A DNA stretch of 64,000 nt from Raja brachyura (taxonomy: Eukaryota). Positions within the stretch are counted from its first letter, which is position 1. Every line of letters starts with the position of its first letter. The notes below the pieces were generated by a model. The model did not search any database. It saw nothing but the letters and a program-made list of their open reading frames with translations, and was not told the origin of the DNA. Where the stretch lies: positions 23,560,001-23,624,000 of the forward strand of contig OY740798.1 of the NCBI GenBank assembly GCA_963514005.1, given 5' to 3'. The position numbers were made by a program, and so were the translations under genes. Positions 40,440 to 51,779 of this stretch are shown here, one piece after another.

Positions 40440-41327
40440 TTTGAAGTCAAAATGTACTGCAAATGGCTGTTTGGGGGGGAGGGGGGGGGGTTGCGTTGAT
40501 GTGAAAATGCACTGCAAATGGCTGTTGGGGGGGTTTGCGTTGATGTGAAAATGCACTGCAAATGGCTGTTTGGGGGGGTTTGGGTTGAAGTGAAAATGCA
40601 TTGCAAATGGCTGTTTGGGGGGATTTGGGTTGAAGTAAAAATGCACTGCAAATGGCTGTTTCGGGGGGTTTGGGTTGAAGTGGAAATGCACTGCAAATGG
40701 CTGTTTGGGGGTTTTGGGTTGAAGTAGAAATGCACTGCAAATGGCTGTTTGGGGGGCTGGGGTTGAAGAAATGCACTGCAAATGGCTGGGGGGGGGGTTG
40801 CTTTGAAGTAGAAATGCACTGCAAATGGCTGTTTGGGGGGTGGTTTGGGTTGAAGTAGAAATGCACTGCAAATAGCCGTCTGGGGGGGGTTTGGGTTGAA
40901 GTAGAAATGCACTGCAAATGGTAGTTTGGGGGGTTTTGGGTTGAAGTGGAAATGCACTGCAAATGGCTGTTTGGGGGGTTTTGGGTTGAAGTGAAAATGC
41001 ACTGCAAATGGCTGTTTGCGGGGGTTTGGGTTGAAGTGAAAATGCACTGCAAATGGCTGTTTGGGGGGGTGTGGGTTGAAGTGAAAATGCACTGCAAATG
41101 GCTGTTGGGGGGGTTTGGGTTGAAGTGGAAATGCACTGCAAATGGCTGTTTGGGGGGTTTTGGGTTGAAGTAGAAATGCACTGCAAATGGCTGTTGGGGG
41201 GGTTGGGGTTCAAGAAATGCACTGCAAATGGCTGGGGGGGGGGGTTGCGTTGAAGTAGAAATGCACTGCAAATGGCTGTTTGGGGGGGTTTGGGTTGAAG
41301 TGGAAATGCACTGCAAATGGCTGTTTG
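40440..41327. repeat. Minisatellite, ~44-45-bp unit, about 20 copies, inside the Helitron
   Basis: Unit TTGGGTTGAAGTGGAAATGCACTGCAAATGGCTGTTTGGGGGGT with variable G-run. Confidence 0.95.
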
Positions 41328-41460
41328 GCTAAACTTGACAACTTCCTGTTTGCACTATATTGATTTTAGATAAAACGCTACCACTTACGGTTGTGATTTT
41401 TGGCCATCTTACTCAGTCCCCCCTCTGCTTATCAGGTGCAGAGGATTATTCCCATCAATT

Positions 41461-41996
41461 TGGTCTCCAAATCTGAGGAAGGACATTATTGCCATAGAGG
41501 GAGTGCAGAGAAGGTTCACCAGACTGATTCCTGGGATGTCAGGACTGTGTTATGAAGAAAGACTGGATAGACTCGGTTTATACGCTCTAGAATTTAGGAG
41601 ATTGAGAGGGGATCTTATAGAAACTTAACAAAATACTTAAGGGATTGGACAGGCTAGATGCAGGAAGATTGTTCCCGATGTTGGGGAAGTCCAGGATAAG
41701 GGGTCACAGCTTAAGGATAGGGGAGAAATCCTTTAAGACCGAGATGAGAAATACTTTTTTCACGCAGAGAGTGGTGAGTCTCTGGAACTCTCTTCCACAG
41801 AAGGTAGTTGAGGCCAGTTCATTGGCTATATTTAAGAGGGAGTTAGATGTGGCCCTTGTGGCTAAGGAGATCAGAGGGTACGGAGAGAAGGCAGGTACGG
41901 GATACTGAGTTGGATGATCAGCCATGATCATATTGAATGGCAGTGCAGGCTCGAAGGGCCGAATGGCCTACTCCTGCACCTAATTTCTATGTTTCT
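41461..41996 (+). mobile_element. CR1 LINE 3' end nested in the Helitron
   Basis: WSPNLRKDI.AIEGVQRRFTRL, FFTQRVVSLWNSLP; TTTCTATGTTTCT tail; AATT on both sides. Confidence 0.93.
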
Positions 41997-42244
41997 AATT
42001 AATTATAAAATGTTATTAGTGTGTAAAAAATGTTGAGAATCTCTCTCCTGTGAATCATGCCATGAAGGCCACACCTTTTCCGGTGGGAGGGGGAGGGATC
42101 ATAAAACCCAGAAGTGTGGGTGTGGCTCAGTCTCTGCATGATGGGGGAGGGAGAGGTCACGACTGTGAGCTGTGAATCAACTGAACACACTGAATGTCTA
42201 CTGAACTGTGAGTGTCATGTTTTGTGTGGATTTATGGTGGTTTT

Positions 42245-42740
42245 ACCCTGCTTGAAATGGTATGAAACTGCATTTGAATGTGGCGGCCTTGCACCCTGCA
42301 TGAAATGCTATAAAACTGCATTTGAATTTGGTGGTCTTGCACCCTGCATGAAATGGTATGAAACTGCATTTGAATTTGGTGGCCTTGCACGCTCCTTGAA
42401 ATCGTATGAAACTGCACTTGAATTTGGTGGCCTTGCACCCTGCTTGAAGTGGTATGAAACTGCACTTGAATTTGGTGGCCTTGAACCCTGCTTGAAGTGG
42501 TAGGAAACTGCACTTGAATTTTGTGGCCCAGCACCCTGCTTGAAGTGGTATGAAACTGCACTTGAATTTGGTGGCCTTGTACCCTGCTCGAAGAGGTAAG
42601 AAACTGCATTTGAATTTCGTGGCCTTGCAGCCTGCTCGAAGAGGTAAGAAACTGCACTTGAATTTGGTGGCCTTGCACCCTGCTTGAAATGGTAGGAAAA
42701 TGGATTTGACTTTGGTGGCCTTGCACTCTGCTTGAAATGG
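42245..42740. repeat. Minisatellite, 48-bp unit, about 10 copies, inside the Helitron
   Basis: Unit GCACCCTGCTTGAAATGGTATGAAACTGCACTTGAATTTGGTGGCCTT. Confidence 0.95.
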
Positions 42741-43376
42741 AATTTCAAAGAATAGCCGTGAGTCAACTGCCAGCACATCATGCTTGAGGGACTGAGCTGC
42801 CACCCCAAGAATCCATTTGGCCCACAATGTCCATACTAACCTTCTGGAGACCAATCATCCCTGCAGCCAACAACACCCATACCAGCGCTCCAGAAAGCCC
42901 TCCCCCCGCTGGCCACCAATATTCGAATTGGTGGAGAGGTGGAATATTGCGTCGGGGGACCAGCCCTCCCGTGTGAACATGGGACCGAACGGGTCCCACT
43001 TAGTCTAGTACTTACTACAAAGTACATCACAAGCTGCAAAATAATTTATTACAATAGTTGAATGTGACAGCAATCTTCACTTCAAGAGCTATAAATATGA
43101 CAACGGTAGTGAATGGTCAGTTTAGCAGGTGGACAGAATTTATGAAATAATTAATGCTAAATACAGATTAATGGAAAAACAGCACAAATTGTATGATTGC
43201 ATAAGAACCAGATTGTTTAAGAACCTGAAAATCATACTGCCAGCATTACAGTAATGTGCAATTGTACCCTGGGCATTGAAGATATCGGAAGGGTATGGAA
43301 TATTTAAAAGCTACATATTTTCTTGTTTTATTATAATCCTCGATTAAATCGCATCTTTATCTTTTATCCATTTTAG

Positions 43377-45202
43377 CAAAACCTGATGAGTTTCCCAGCA
43401 AACCATTAGGACAGGAAATATCAGTCACTATAGCATCAGAGAAGACCAACATTGTGGCTAATGGCAAGAATGAAAAAGTTAATTCTCCACCAAATGTCTT
43501 TGAATGTGACGATGAGGAAAACAGAAAATCACAAGATAAAAATGACATCCAGCCTTCTCTCCCCGAGCCTGAGGTTCCTTCTCCAGAAATATATCAAACT
43601 ACCATGGAGGAAAACCTTACTAATTTGGAACTTTGCGAAGCTAAAGCTCCAGATCATGACAGTTCCGAAACTCCCTTCGAAGACCAAATCGATTTACCAG
43701 AAGAAGGTGAACCACAGTGTTCAGAAAAGTACAGCCCAGAAAATGTTACAGAAAATTCGCCAAAGAAGGAAGACATCTTACCTGCTCAAAATAGTGAGAC
43801 ATGTATTGTAGAAAATCAAGCAATCCCAGATTTAGAAGTGAACCTTGTACTTCCAGAAAAAGAAACCACCAATTCTCAAGAGGATAACATGATAAATTGC
43901 CAAGACGTGAACAAAGCTGAATCTACTGGGACTATTGAAATACCTGCAACCCAACTTTTGCAAGAACAATCTCCATGCTTGTCAGAACTCAAAAACATAG
44001 CTACAGAGTCCCCACAAAGATTGGAGGCACTTGTTGCAGAGCCAGTGAATGAGCAGTCAGCAGATAAATTGTGCATTAGCATTGAGGCTTCTCCACAAAG
44101 AAATAATAAAGTCACAGAAATGGAAAACAATGACAATATTCCACCACTTTTAACAGAGCCTCCACCAACAGACCCATTTTCCGGAGAAAAGCATTTGTTG
44201 GCTACAAATTCACAACAAACTTATTCTGGTTTGAATGTTCCTCATCAATTGGAAGTACGTACCCTTATTGATCAACCACAATCTTTGTTGACAATGAAAC
44301 TTTCATCTCCAGAAGAAGAGGAACTGGTCTTTGTTGATTTAACACATGAAACTTCAATTGATTTGAGCAGCACAAACATAAAAGATATGGGCGAGTTACA
44401 AAGTGGAAGAAAGGTTTCAAATATTTCACCGCATGACCATTCGAGTGCTTCTCAGTATGAATATCAGTATGATCCAATTATTTCAGAATCAATTATTCAA
44501 TGCGATGAAATGTTTGTACTTTCTGAGAAGGAACCAGGAGTACCGGAATTAGTGGACGATACTGTCTGTGCAGCTAATCCATCGTTGGTGTTAGATTTGT
44601 CAAATAAGCCACAACCTTTTGAACAAACCTCAACATTTTATCAACGGTCTTGGGACACTTATAGTCCTGAAAATGATGTTGTCTCTTCTGCTCACCAGAG
44701 CCCTTCCAAATATTCATCAAATATGCACAAAGAGGACCCTATAAGAAATCAAAGTTTACGGAGTCCTCAGCATCTGACAGCTACCACACAGATCTCACCT
44801 GTCAGACAGTGTTTAAATAGCTCTTGTAAAGTAGTTAGATCGATGACTCCGGTTCATCTTGCACATGCAGCTGAGCAGAATCTCATGAACTTCCGGCACA
44901 TGGCATTGCCTCCACAGGATGACTTGCAGTTGGTTGCAATCTGTGACGAAGAAGGGGCTTATTCAGTAAAGGAGATTGACATACCTGAAGTGATTATTCC
45001 AGGTAGCAATGTGAACTTCAATGAACCTGTAAATTTGATAAAGATACCATCTTATCCTTCCCCTACTTACACAAGTATACAACCAGAAAACGTCATGGCT
45101 AAAGATACAAATTTTGACTCAGAGAATTATTTGGCAGCATCTCCGGAATACCACGATTACGAACTGTTACATTATGACAGCAGTCATTCCATTTTACCAT
45201 AA
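43377..45202 (+). CDS. USP6NL/RN-tre-like gene, terminal coding exon (~608 aa, acidic low-complexity tail)
   Basis: Polypyrimidine tract and TTTTAG|CA; phase 1 gives (A)KPDEFPSKPLGQ, resembling USP6NL GKEDEYPKKPLGQ; open to TAA at 45200-45202. Confidence 0.9.
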
Positions 45203-47157
45203 TGCACTTCACACAATTTCATCAACTAGTCATCAAATGTTAATGTACTACAATAATTTTATATGGAAAGAGAATCATACATTTTCCAACAATTTAAGTA
45301 GTTTAATTATGCATAATGGAGACCTGTGTAGCTATCGTTACAAAAGTTGTTACAAAAAATCTATGCAAATTGTCTCATTTCATAAACTTACATATCTTAA
45401 GGTTCTTCATTCTGCATATTACACATAAAAGATGAATGCAGTCAAAAACTGGTGAACGTTTAATGAAATGTTTATGATTGTTTTGGTCTGTAGCACTGCA
45501 GGTCACATTGCTTTTTTTTAAAAACCCAGAGCATAATCATCATCAAATACAATGTAATTTATAAAGGGAGTGAGCAGGCTCACAAAATGACAAATACTGT
45601 AGCACATTTTTACACGTTGACTTTGACAGTGGTTTCCCAGGTGGACTGGTATTTTACCACAAGATTAGTGGCTGCCAATGCTAATTGGATTTTTCATACA
45701 ACTTTTCTGCCTTGTTTGGTTTTGATATAAACATAAATATAGGAATTTCAATGAAACAATAATTCTTCTGTTAGAAATAATAACGTTGCACACATTGTAG
45801 TCTTTGGGATATTCCTTGTAGAAAATGTACTTAAGCGGAAGAATAAGATAATTTTCATGTTACAGCAATGGTTGTAAATAAATACAGGGAGTTCTGACAT
45901 GATCATTTTTAGTCTCCTGTAACTAGTTTTTAAGGATATGAAAAAATAATTTAATCATTTGTGTTGTGACGTTCAAGGACCGAAAATGTAGTTGTTGATG
46001 TTTACTATAAATTTTAGAAAGAAGCTTTGGCAAAATAGTGCTGAAACTAAGCCTGCAATCACTTTTTTTTGTGAGGGAAAAATATTTGAAGCCATTCCCT
46101 GGCATTTGCCTGCAACAGTGTTCAATATAACTTTTTGGTTAGAATTGAGAAACTATTGTATTATGTCATCTACTCAGGAATATAGTATTCTTGCTTTGTG
46201 ACCACCTGCAAGTAGGAATTATTTGCAGCAAGCAAATTAGAATATGTAATGTTACTCAGCACATACAATGTTAATTGCGTAATATGTGTTCTTGTGGAAG
46301 AAATGATAACCCTGAGAAATGAAGGGAAATATTTAACTGATGTGTGATGTACATGGTATTTTTTGTAAAGTCTGTTCTTAATTTTGCACTTTCTGTTATG
46401 GATGGCAAGTCACCATTTTTTTTTAAGTTCTAGAGTTTCATCTATCCATGTTCTCCGAAGATGCTGCCTGACCCGCTGAGTTACTCCAGCACATTGTGTC
46501 TTTTTTTTATAAACTGGCATCTGCAATTCCTTGTATCTACAGTTTCAATGATGGATTGATAATACAAAAATAATATTGTTTGACTTGTTGAACTATTGTA
46601 AATGTACTTTTGCAAGGTTTTACATTGGCCATGTTTTCTGTTCTTTCATAAGAAAACATATGGATTACTTGGAATAGTGTGGAAACATCACTTTGTGTCA
46701 TGCTTTACATTGTTTCTAAGCACCAACAATATTGTAAACAAAGCTTTAAGAACATTTTTGAAGTGTTGTATTGTATTTTATAGCCTCAATTTAACACAGT
46801 GAAAAAGTCATTCTGTAAAATATATTCTTGACATGTTTAAATTTTAGTTAAAAGTCCAACTGTGCACCTAAACAAAATGGTATGATCTTAACTAATCACC
46901 TGCTATAAACCAAGATAATCAATGGCCTGTTAAAAATGTACCCACTCAAGTCCCTACTATTTCAATTTCACTATTGCAGGCAAGTGAGTATCCATTTAAA
47001 TTTAGAGCAAATCCGACACCAAGTAATTTTAACAAGCGTTCGAACAAGATAACTAAGTAACCTACATTCCCACAAAGCAGGAACAGATTTGAAGACAGAG
47101 CGATCTAGTAGGTTTAAACTTTTATTTGTAGATCTCATTTTTGGCACCATGTAAAGA

Positions 47158-47163
47158 AATAAA
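47158..47163 (+). promoter_or_regulatory. Candidate polyadenylation signal of the TBC gene (alternative AATAAA at 45877-45882)
   Basis: AATAAA after an AT-rich, repeat-poor 3'UTR-like region; motif only. Confidence 0.3.
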
Positions 47164-48746
47164 ATTCGTGGTCTGTAGGCTATGCGATGGAATTTATGTA
47201 AGAGACCAATGACAGACACAATCATGTATGCTCTGCACGGGTAGTGCACTTCCTAATATTGGTCCATAAGCATAGATGTTGCAGGTTACAGGTTAGATGT
47301 TACAATTACCTTACACAGTGTGTAACACTGAGATTGATATCACTCGCCTGCATTTGCCCTCTGTCGATCAGGCCTGCTTGTAACACAGGCATCAAACATT
47401 ACAGAGTTAAGACATGAACTGGCATTATTTAGATGTTCTGAACCTTACCAGGGTCATTGCTGGGAGCCTGCGGTATCCATCTTATTCCTAACATGTGCTT
47501 CCTTTAAGTTCCTGCAGGTGTTAAATGCTCAAAAACACTTTGCCTTGGATGCTGTCCCAACCCTCTGCAATTGTCACTTGACCCACTTGATCATCTCCCT
47601 GACTTCTCCTGGTCGTCACTGCAACCTATATCTCCAATGTCACAATCATCAATTTAGCCCAACCAATTAAATTATTGATACTTCTCTTATTATTTTGAAC
47701 AATGTGATCCCAAGATGCAAATTTCCTCAGTCGGAGATGCTGAAAGAAATTATAAAATGAGTAACAGCATTTGAATGGGGCAAGGCTAAGAATTCTGAAA
47801 CTTATAGGTCCTTATCCTTTTCCTGCTTGATTGAAGCATGATTGAAACCAATACACAATGTTAAACCTGCTTCAAAGTTCTTGGTGGATAACCAGAAACA
47901 GGAAGTCAAGCACCAAAGGAAATCCCCTTCATCTACAGTCCAAGGTATGCAGGGGGAACAGGATAACTGGCGTGGGAAATTGAAAAAAAAGTTACACTAT
48001 GTATATGGTTCTCTTTTATGTTTGGCACATTGTTACATATTTTATCTTTACATATTTTACTTGAATTCAATGTTTTTAAATGCACTGCTGACATCTGGAT
48101 TACAAATCCAGTAGTACACACTTAAATATGTACTTTCGACATAAATGAATAATTTGTAATGTTAAAATACTAGACAAGAAGACATGAAAAAAAGGATATG
48201 ACTTGACATTTGTTGAGGGTTAAAAGCAGAATAGAAGTAAATTTAGCCTTACAAAGTACCCCCTATTCAGTATTAGATGACGATAGAATCACTAACCTTA
48301 CTGATAACCACCACAATTAAAAAATCTTTCAATACTTGCTATCTAAGTGGAAATGGTCACTTTGGTAAAAAGATTGGGTGGTACCTTGAATTGAAGAACT
48401 GTAGTACATTCATAAAGTATTCAGACCCCTTCACTTTTTCCACATCTTGTTACGTTACAGCCTTATTTTAAAATGGATTAAAATCACCATTAGAAATTTT
48501 TGCAAAATAATTAAAAAGAACTAACTGAAATATCACATTTACATAAATACTCAGACCCTTTGCTATGACACTCAGAATTGAGCTTAGGTTTATCCTGTTT
48601 CCATTGATTATCCTTGAGATGTTTCTTCAACTTGTTTGGAGTCCACCAGTGGTAAATTAAATTGATTGGACATGATTTGGAAAGGCACACACCTGTCTAT
48701 ATAAGGTCCCACAGTTGACAGTGCATGTCAGAGCAAAAACCAAGCC

Positions 48747-49746
48747 ATGAAGACGAAGGAATTGTCTGTAGACCTCCAAGACAGGACTGTGTCGAGACAC
48801 AGATCTGGGGAAGAGTATAAAACAATTTCTGCAGCATTGCAGATCTCAAAGAGCACAGTGGCCTCCGTCATTCTTAAATGGAAGAACTTTGGAACTACCA
48901 GGACTCTTCATAGAGCTGCCCACCCGGCCAAACTGAGCAATCGGGGGAGAAGGGTCTTGATCAGGGAGGTGACCAAGAAACCGATGGTCATTCTGACAGA
49001 GCTCCAGAGTTCCTCTGTGGAGATGGGCGAACCTTCCAGAAGGGCTACTATATCTGTGGCACTCCACCAATCAGGCCTTTATGGTGGAGTGGCCTGATGG
49101 AAGCCACTCCTCAGTAAAAGGCATATGACAGCTTGCTTGGAGTTTGCCAAAAAGCATGAGAAACAAGTTTCTCTGGTCTGATGTAACCAAGATTGAACTC
49201 TTTGGCCTGAATGCCAAGCGTTATGTCTGGAGGAAACCAGGCACAGCTCATCACCTGGCCAATACCATACCTACGATGAAGCATGGTGGTGGCAGCATCA
49301 TGCTGTGGGGTGTTTTTCAGCAGCAGGAACTGGGAGACTAATCAGGATTGAGGGAAAGATGAACGGAGTACAGAGAGATCCTTGATGAAAACCTGCTCCA
49401 GAGCGTTCTGGACCTCAGACTGGGGTGGAGGTTCACCTTCCAACAGGACAATGACCCTAAGCACACAGCCAGGACAACGAAGGAATGGCTTTGTGACAAG
49501 TCTATGAATGTCCTTGAGTGGCCTAGCCAGAGCCTGGACTTGAACCATATCGAACATCTCTGGAGGGACCTGAAAATAGCTGTGCATCGATGTTCCCCAT
49601 CCAACCTAACAGAGCTTGAGAGGATCTGCAGAGAAGAATGGGAGAAATTACCCAAATACAGGTGTGCTTGTGCCAAGCTTGTAGCGTAATTCCCAAGAAG
49701 ACTTGAGGCTGTAATCGCTGCCAAAGCTGCCTCAACAAAGTACTGA
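48747..49746 (+). pseudogene. Tc1 transposase pseudogene
   Basis: MKTKELSVDLQD..., [41 protein letters not shown]; premature stops (49095, 49687) and frameshifts. Confidence 0.92.
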
Positions 49747-50036
49747 GTAAAGGGTCTGAATACTTATGTAAATGCGATATTTCAGTTATTTATTTTTAAT
49801 TACTTTGCAAAAATTTCTCAATGCCTGCTTTTGCTTTTTTATTTTATCTTGGAGTCACGTGAGTGACTTCGTGAAGAACCCGCCAGCACGCATGCGCGAC
49901 ATATCGTCGCAAGGCGTTGCTGCTGGCGGTGGGGCGCGCTCCCCGCCAGCCCTTCATAAGGGACCGCTAAGGTAAGTGACACTAACCTTAAGTTGGTTGG
50001 TCCTTGTTGCAAGTCTTTTGTCTTTCAGCAAGGGCA

Positions 50037-51777
50037 TGGAAGGGAGTACCAAAGGCCGTAAGACGTCCGTCCAGAGTCGCCGGCCACCTGTCCTGGAGCC
50101 CTCATCATCGGCTGCACCTGCGAGACAGGCTTGGAAGAAGGCGGGGAAGTCGGGGAGCTCTGTTGCTGCAGGGCCCGTCCCGCCGATACACCGCAGCTCC
50201 GGTGAGGAATTCGAGGAGCAGGATTGCGGTGTGCCACCGGAGCAGGTAGACCAATGGGCTCGTTGGCCGACCTGGGCAAGGGCTCGCGTGCGGCTGCACA
50301 GCCCTTCTCCCTGAGCCCTCGGAGTAGAGGGAGGGATGGAGCCCGGAAGCCTCACCCTTTAGTGGCAAAGGCGTCACCTGCCGCTAAAATGCGGACTGGT
50401 GTTATGGCGGGACTCAAGTCCACTGGGAGACCTATCAGGACCAGTGTTGACTCCCCAACTACCGAGGCCGGGAAGAGCCACTTGGGAGGAGTCCCGCCAC
50501 GGTCACTGAGTCCCCCATGGATGGGAGGACGGGACCGTACGTCGGCTAGGTCCACGATGTGGGCAGCCGGCAAGCCCGTGCGGGCGTCGGGTCACCGTGC
50601 TGAGGCATTGGGTGCCGACTCTCCACCGCGGTTGCCCTCCGAGGCAGCGGGATCAGGATCCGCCAAAAGAAGGTGGTTGAGCTCACCTCCCGCGCGGGAA
50701 TCGCTCAGCTTTGCTGCGGCGGCTGGCAGCGACAACTTCCGGCACCGGGTTCACCTCGATGAGGTGCGGGCCGATGAACGGAGCCTCAGCCGTGCACCAG
50801 AACATGAGGACTCCGACCGCCCGAGTGTTCAGGGCGAGGGGCGTATTGACCGAATGGAGCGGATGTTGGAGCTCCTCTTGCAGAACCAACGGCAGGAGGC
50901 ATCCAGCATCATAGGGCACAGGGAGGTTTCGCCATTCTGAACAGGCAGCCTGAGGCAGCCAGAGGAGGAGGACTTTTTAGACCCTACACCAGTTCCATCC
51001 GAGGTGCCGCAGGAAGAACTCCTCGACGTGGCGGCAAAATTTGCTTCTTCGGAGACATCGGGACTACCCCTCAACCCCAAACTGGCTGCCACCGTGGACT
51101 TCCTAATTAACCATCAACTCCAGGAGGAAGTTCTATCACAGGCCATCAACAGGCATAAAGCCCCAACCAACTGTAACTCCCTCAACGTGCCCACAGTCAA
51201 TACGCCGATCTGGGGCAACATAGGTACAGCCATCAGGACTCAGGAGATAAAGCTCCAGCGCATCCTGAGGCTGCTTACGGCTGGGATCACCGCGTTCGCG
51301 CGGTCGGTGGACGGAGAGGACCTAACCCTAGAGCAGGAGGATGCTCTCGCTCTGCTGTGTGCTACTCAGCATGAAATAAATGCCTTCCGGAAGAGCATCA
51401 TCCGCCCCACGCTCAACCCAAAATTCGCAGGGTTGTGCAAGGCGCCTCCTACACCACCGCCCAGACAGCTGTTCGGGGAAGACCTCCCGAAGAGGGTCAA
51501 GGAGCTGGACGAACACGCCAAAACGGTGGGACTGATGCGGTCTCAGATCGCCCCCAGGCAGGCGGCCAAGAAAGTGCCGTTTAACAGGCCACGAGGCCCT
51601 GCCACCAGACCGGCACGTACCTACACCCCAGCTCCGCCTCAATACCAGCAGCCCCAGCAGCCGCGGCCTTTTTTAGGGCAAGGCCCGCAGCGGCCTCCGT
51701 GGAAGATGCGGACGCCGCAGCACCAGCCCAACCCAGCACCTCCACGACCCGCCAAACATGTCAGGGACCGCCGGTAA
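50037..51777 (+). pseudogene. DIRS ORF1 (gag-like), disrupted
   Basis: ATG at ~50037 (MEGSTKG), apparent frameshift near 50.3 kb, TGA at 50938 in frame with ORF 51004-51777 (PTNCNSLNVPTVNTPIW, LFGEDL, RPFLGQ). Confidence 0.75.
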
Positions 51778-51779
51778 CC

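Larger units (their letters stand above)
40061..43008 (+). mobile_element. Non-autonomous Helitron
   Basis: A|TCTATATTACTAAA 5' end; 3' hairpin TGGGACC-GAACG-GGTCCCA (42980-42998), then CTAG|T at 43005-43009; no TSD. Confidence 0.85.

Noticed and set aside
40388-42854. Long repetitive ORFs and CRISPR-like periodicity in the two arrays
   Set aside because: Head-to-tail minisatellites with no unique spacers and no cas genes; ORFs open in several frames because the units lack stops
43454-45202. Stand-alone 582-aa gene
   Set aside because: Starts at GTG; the frame extends to a splice acceptor at 43376 and continues the TBC exons in phase
47449-47511. Possible minus-strand exon (CTGCAG|...|GTAAGG)
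   Set aside because: Stops in all three frames, weak polypyrimidine tract, no partner exons seen
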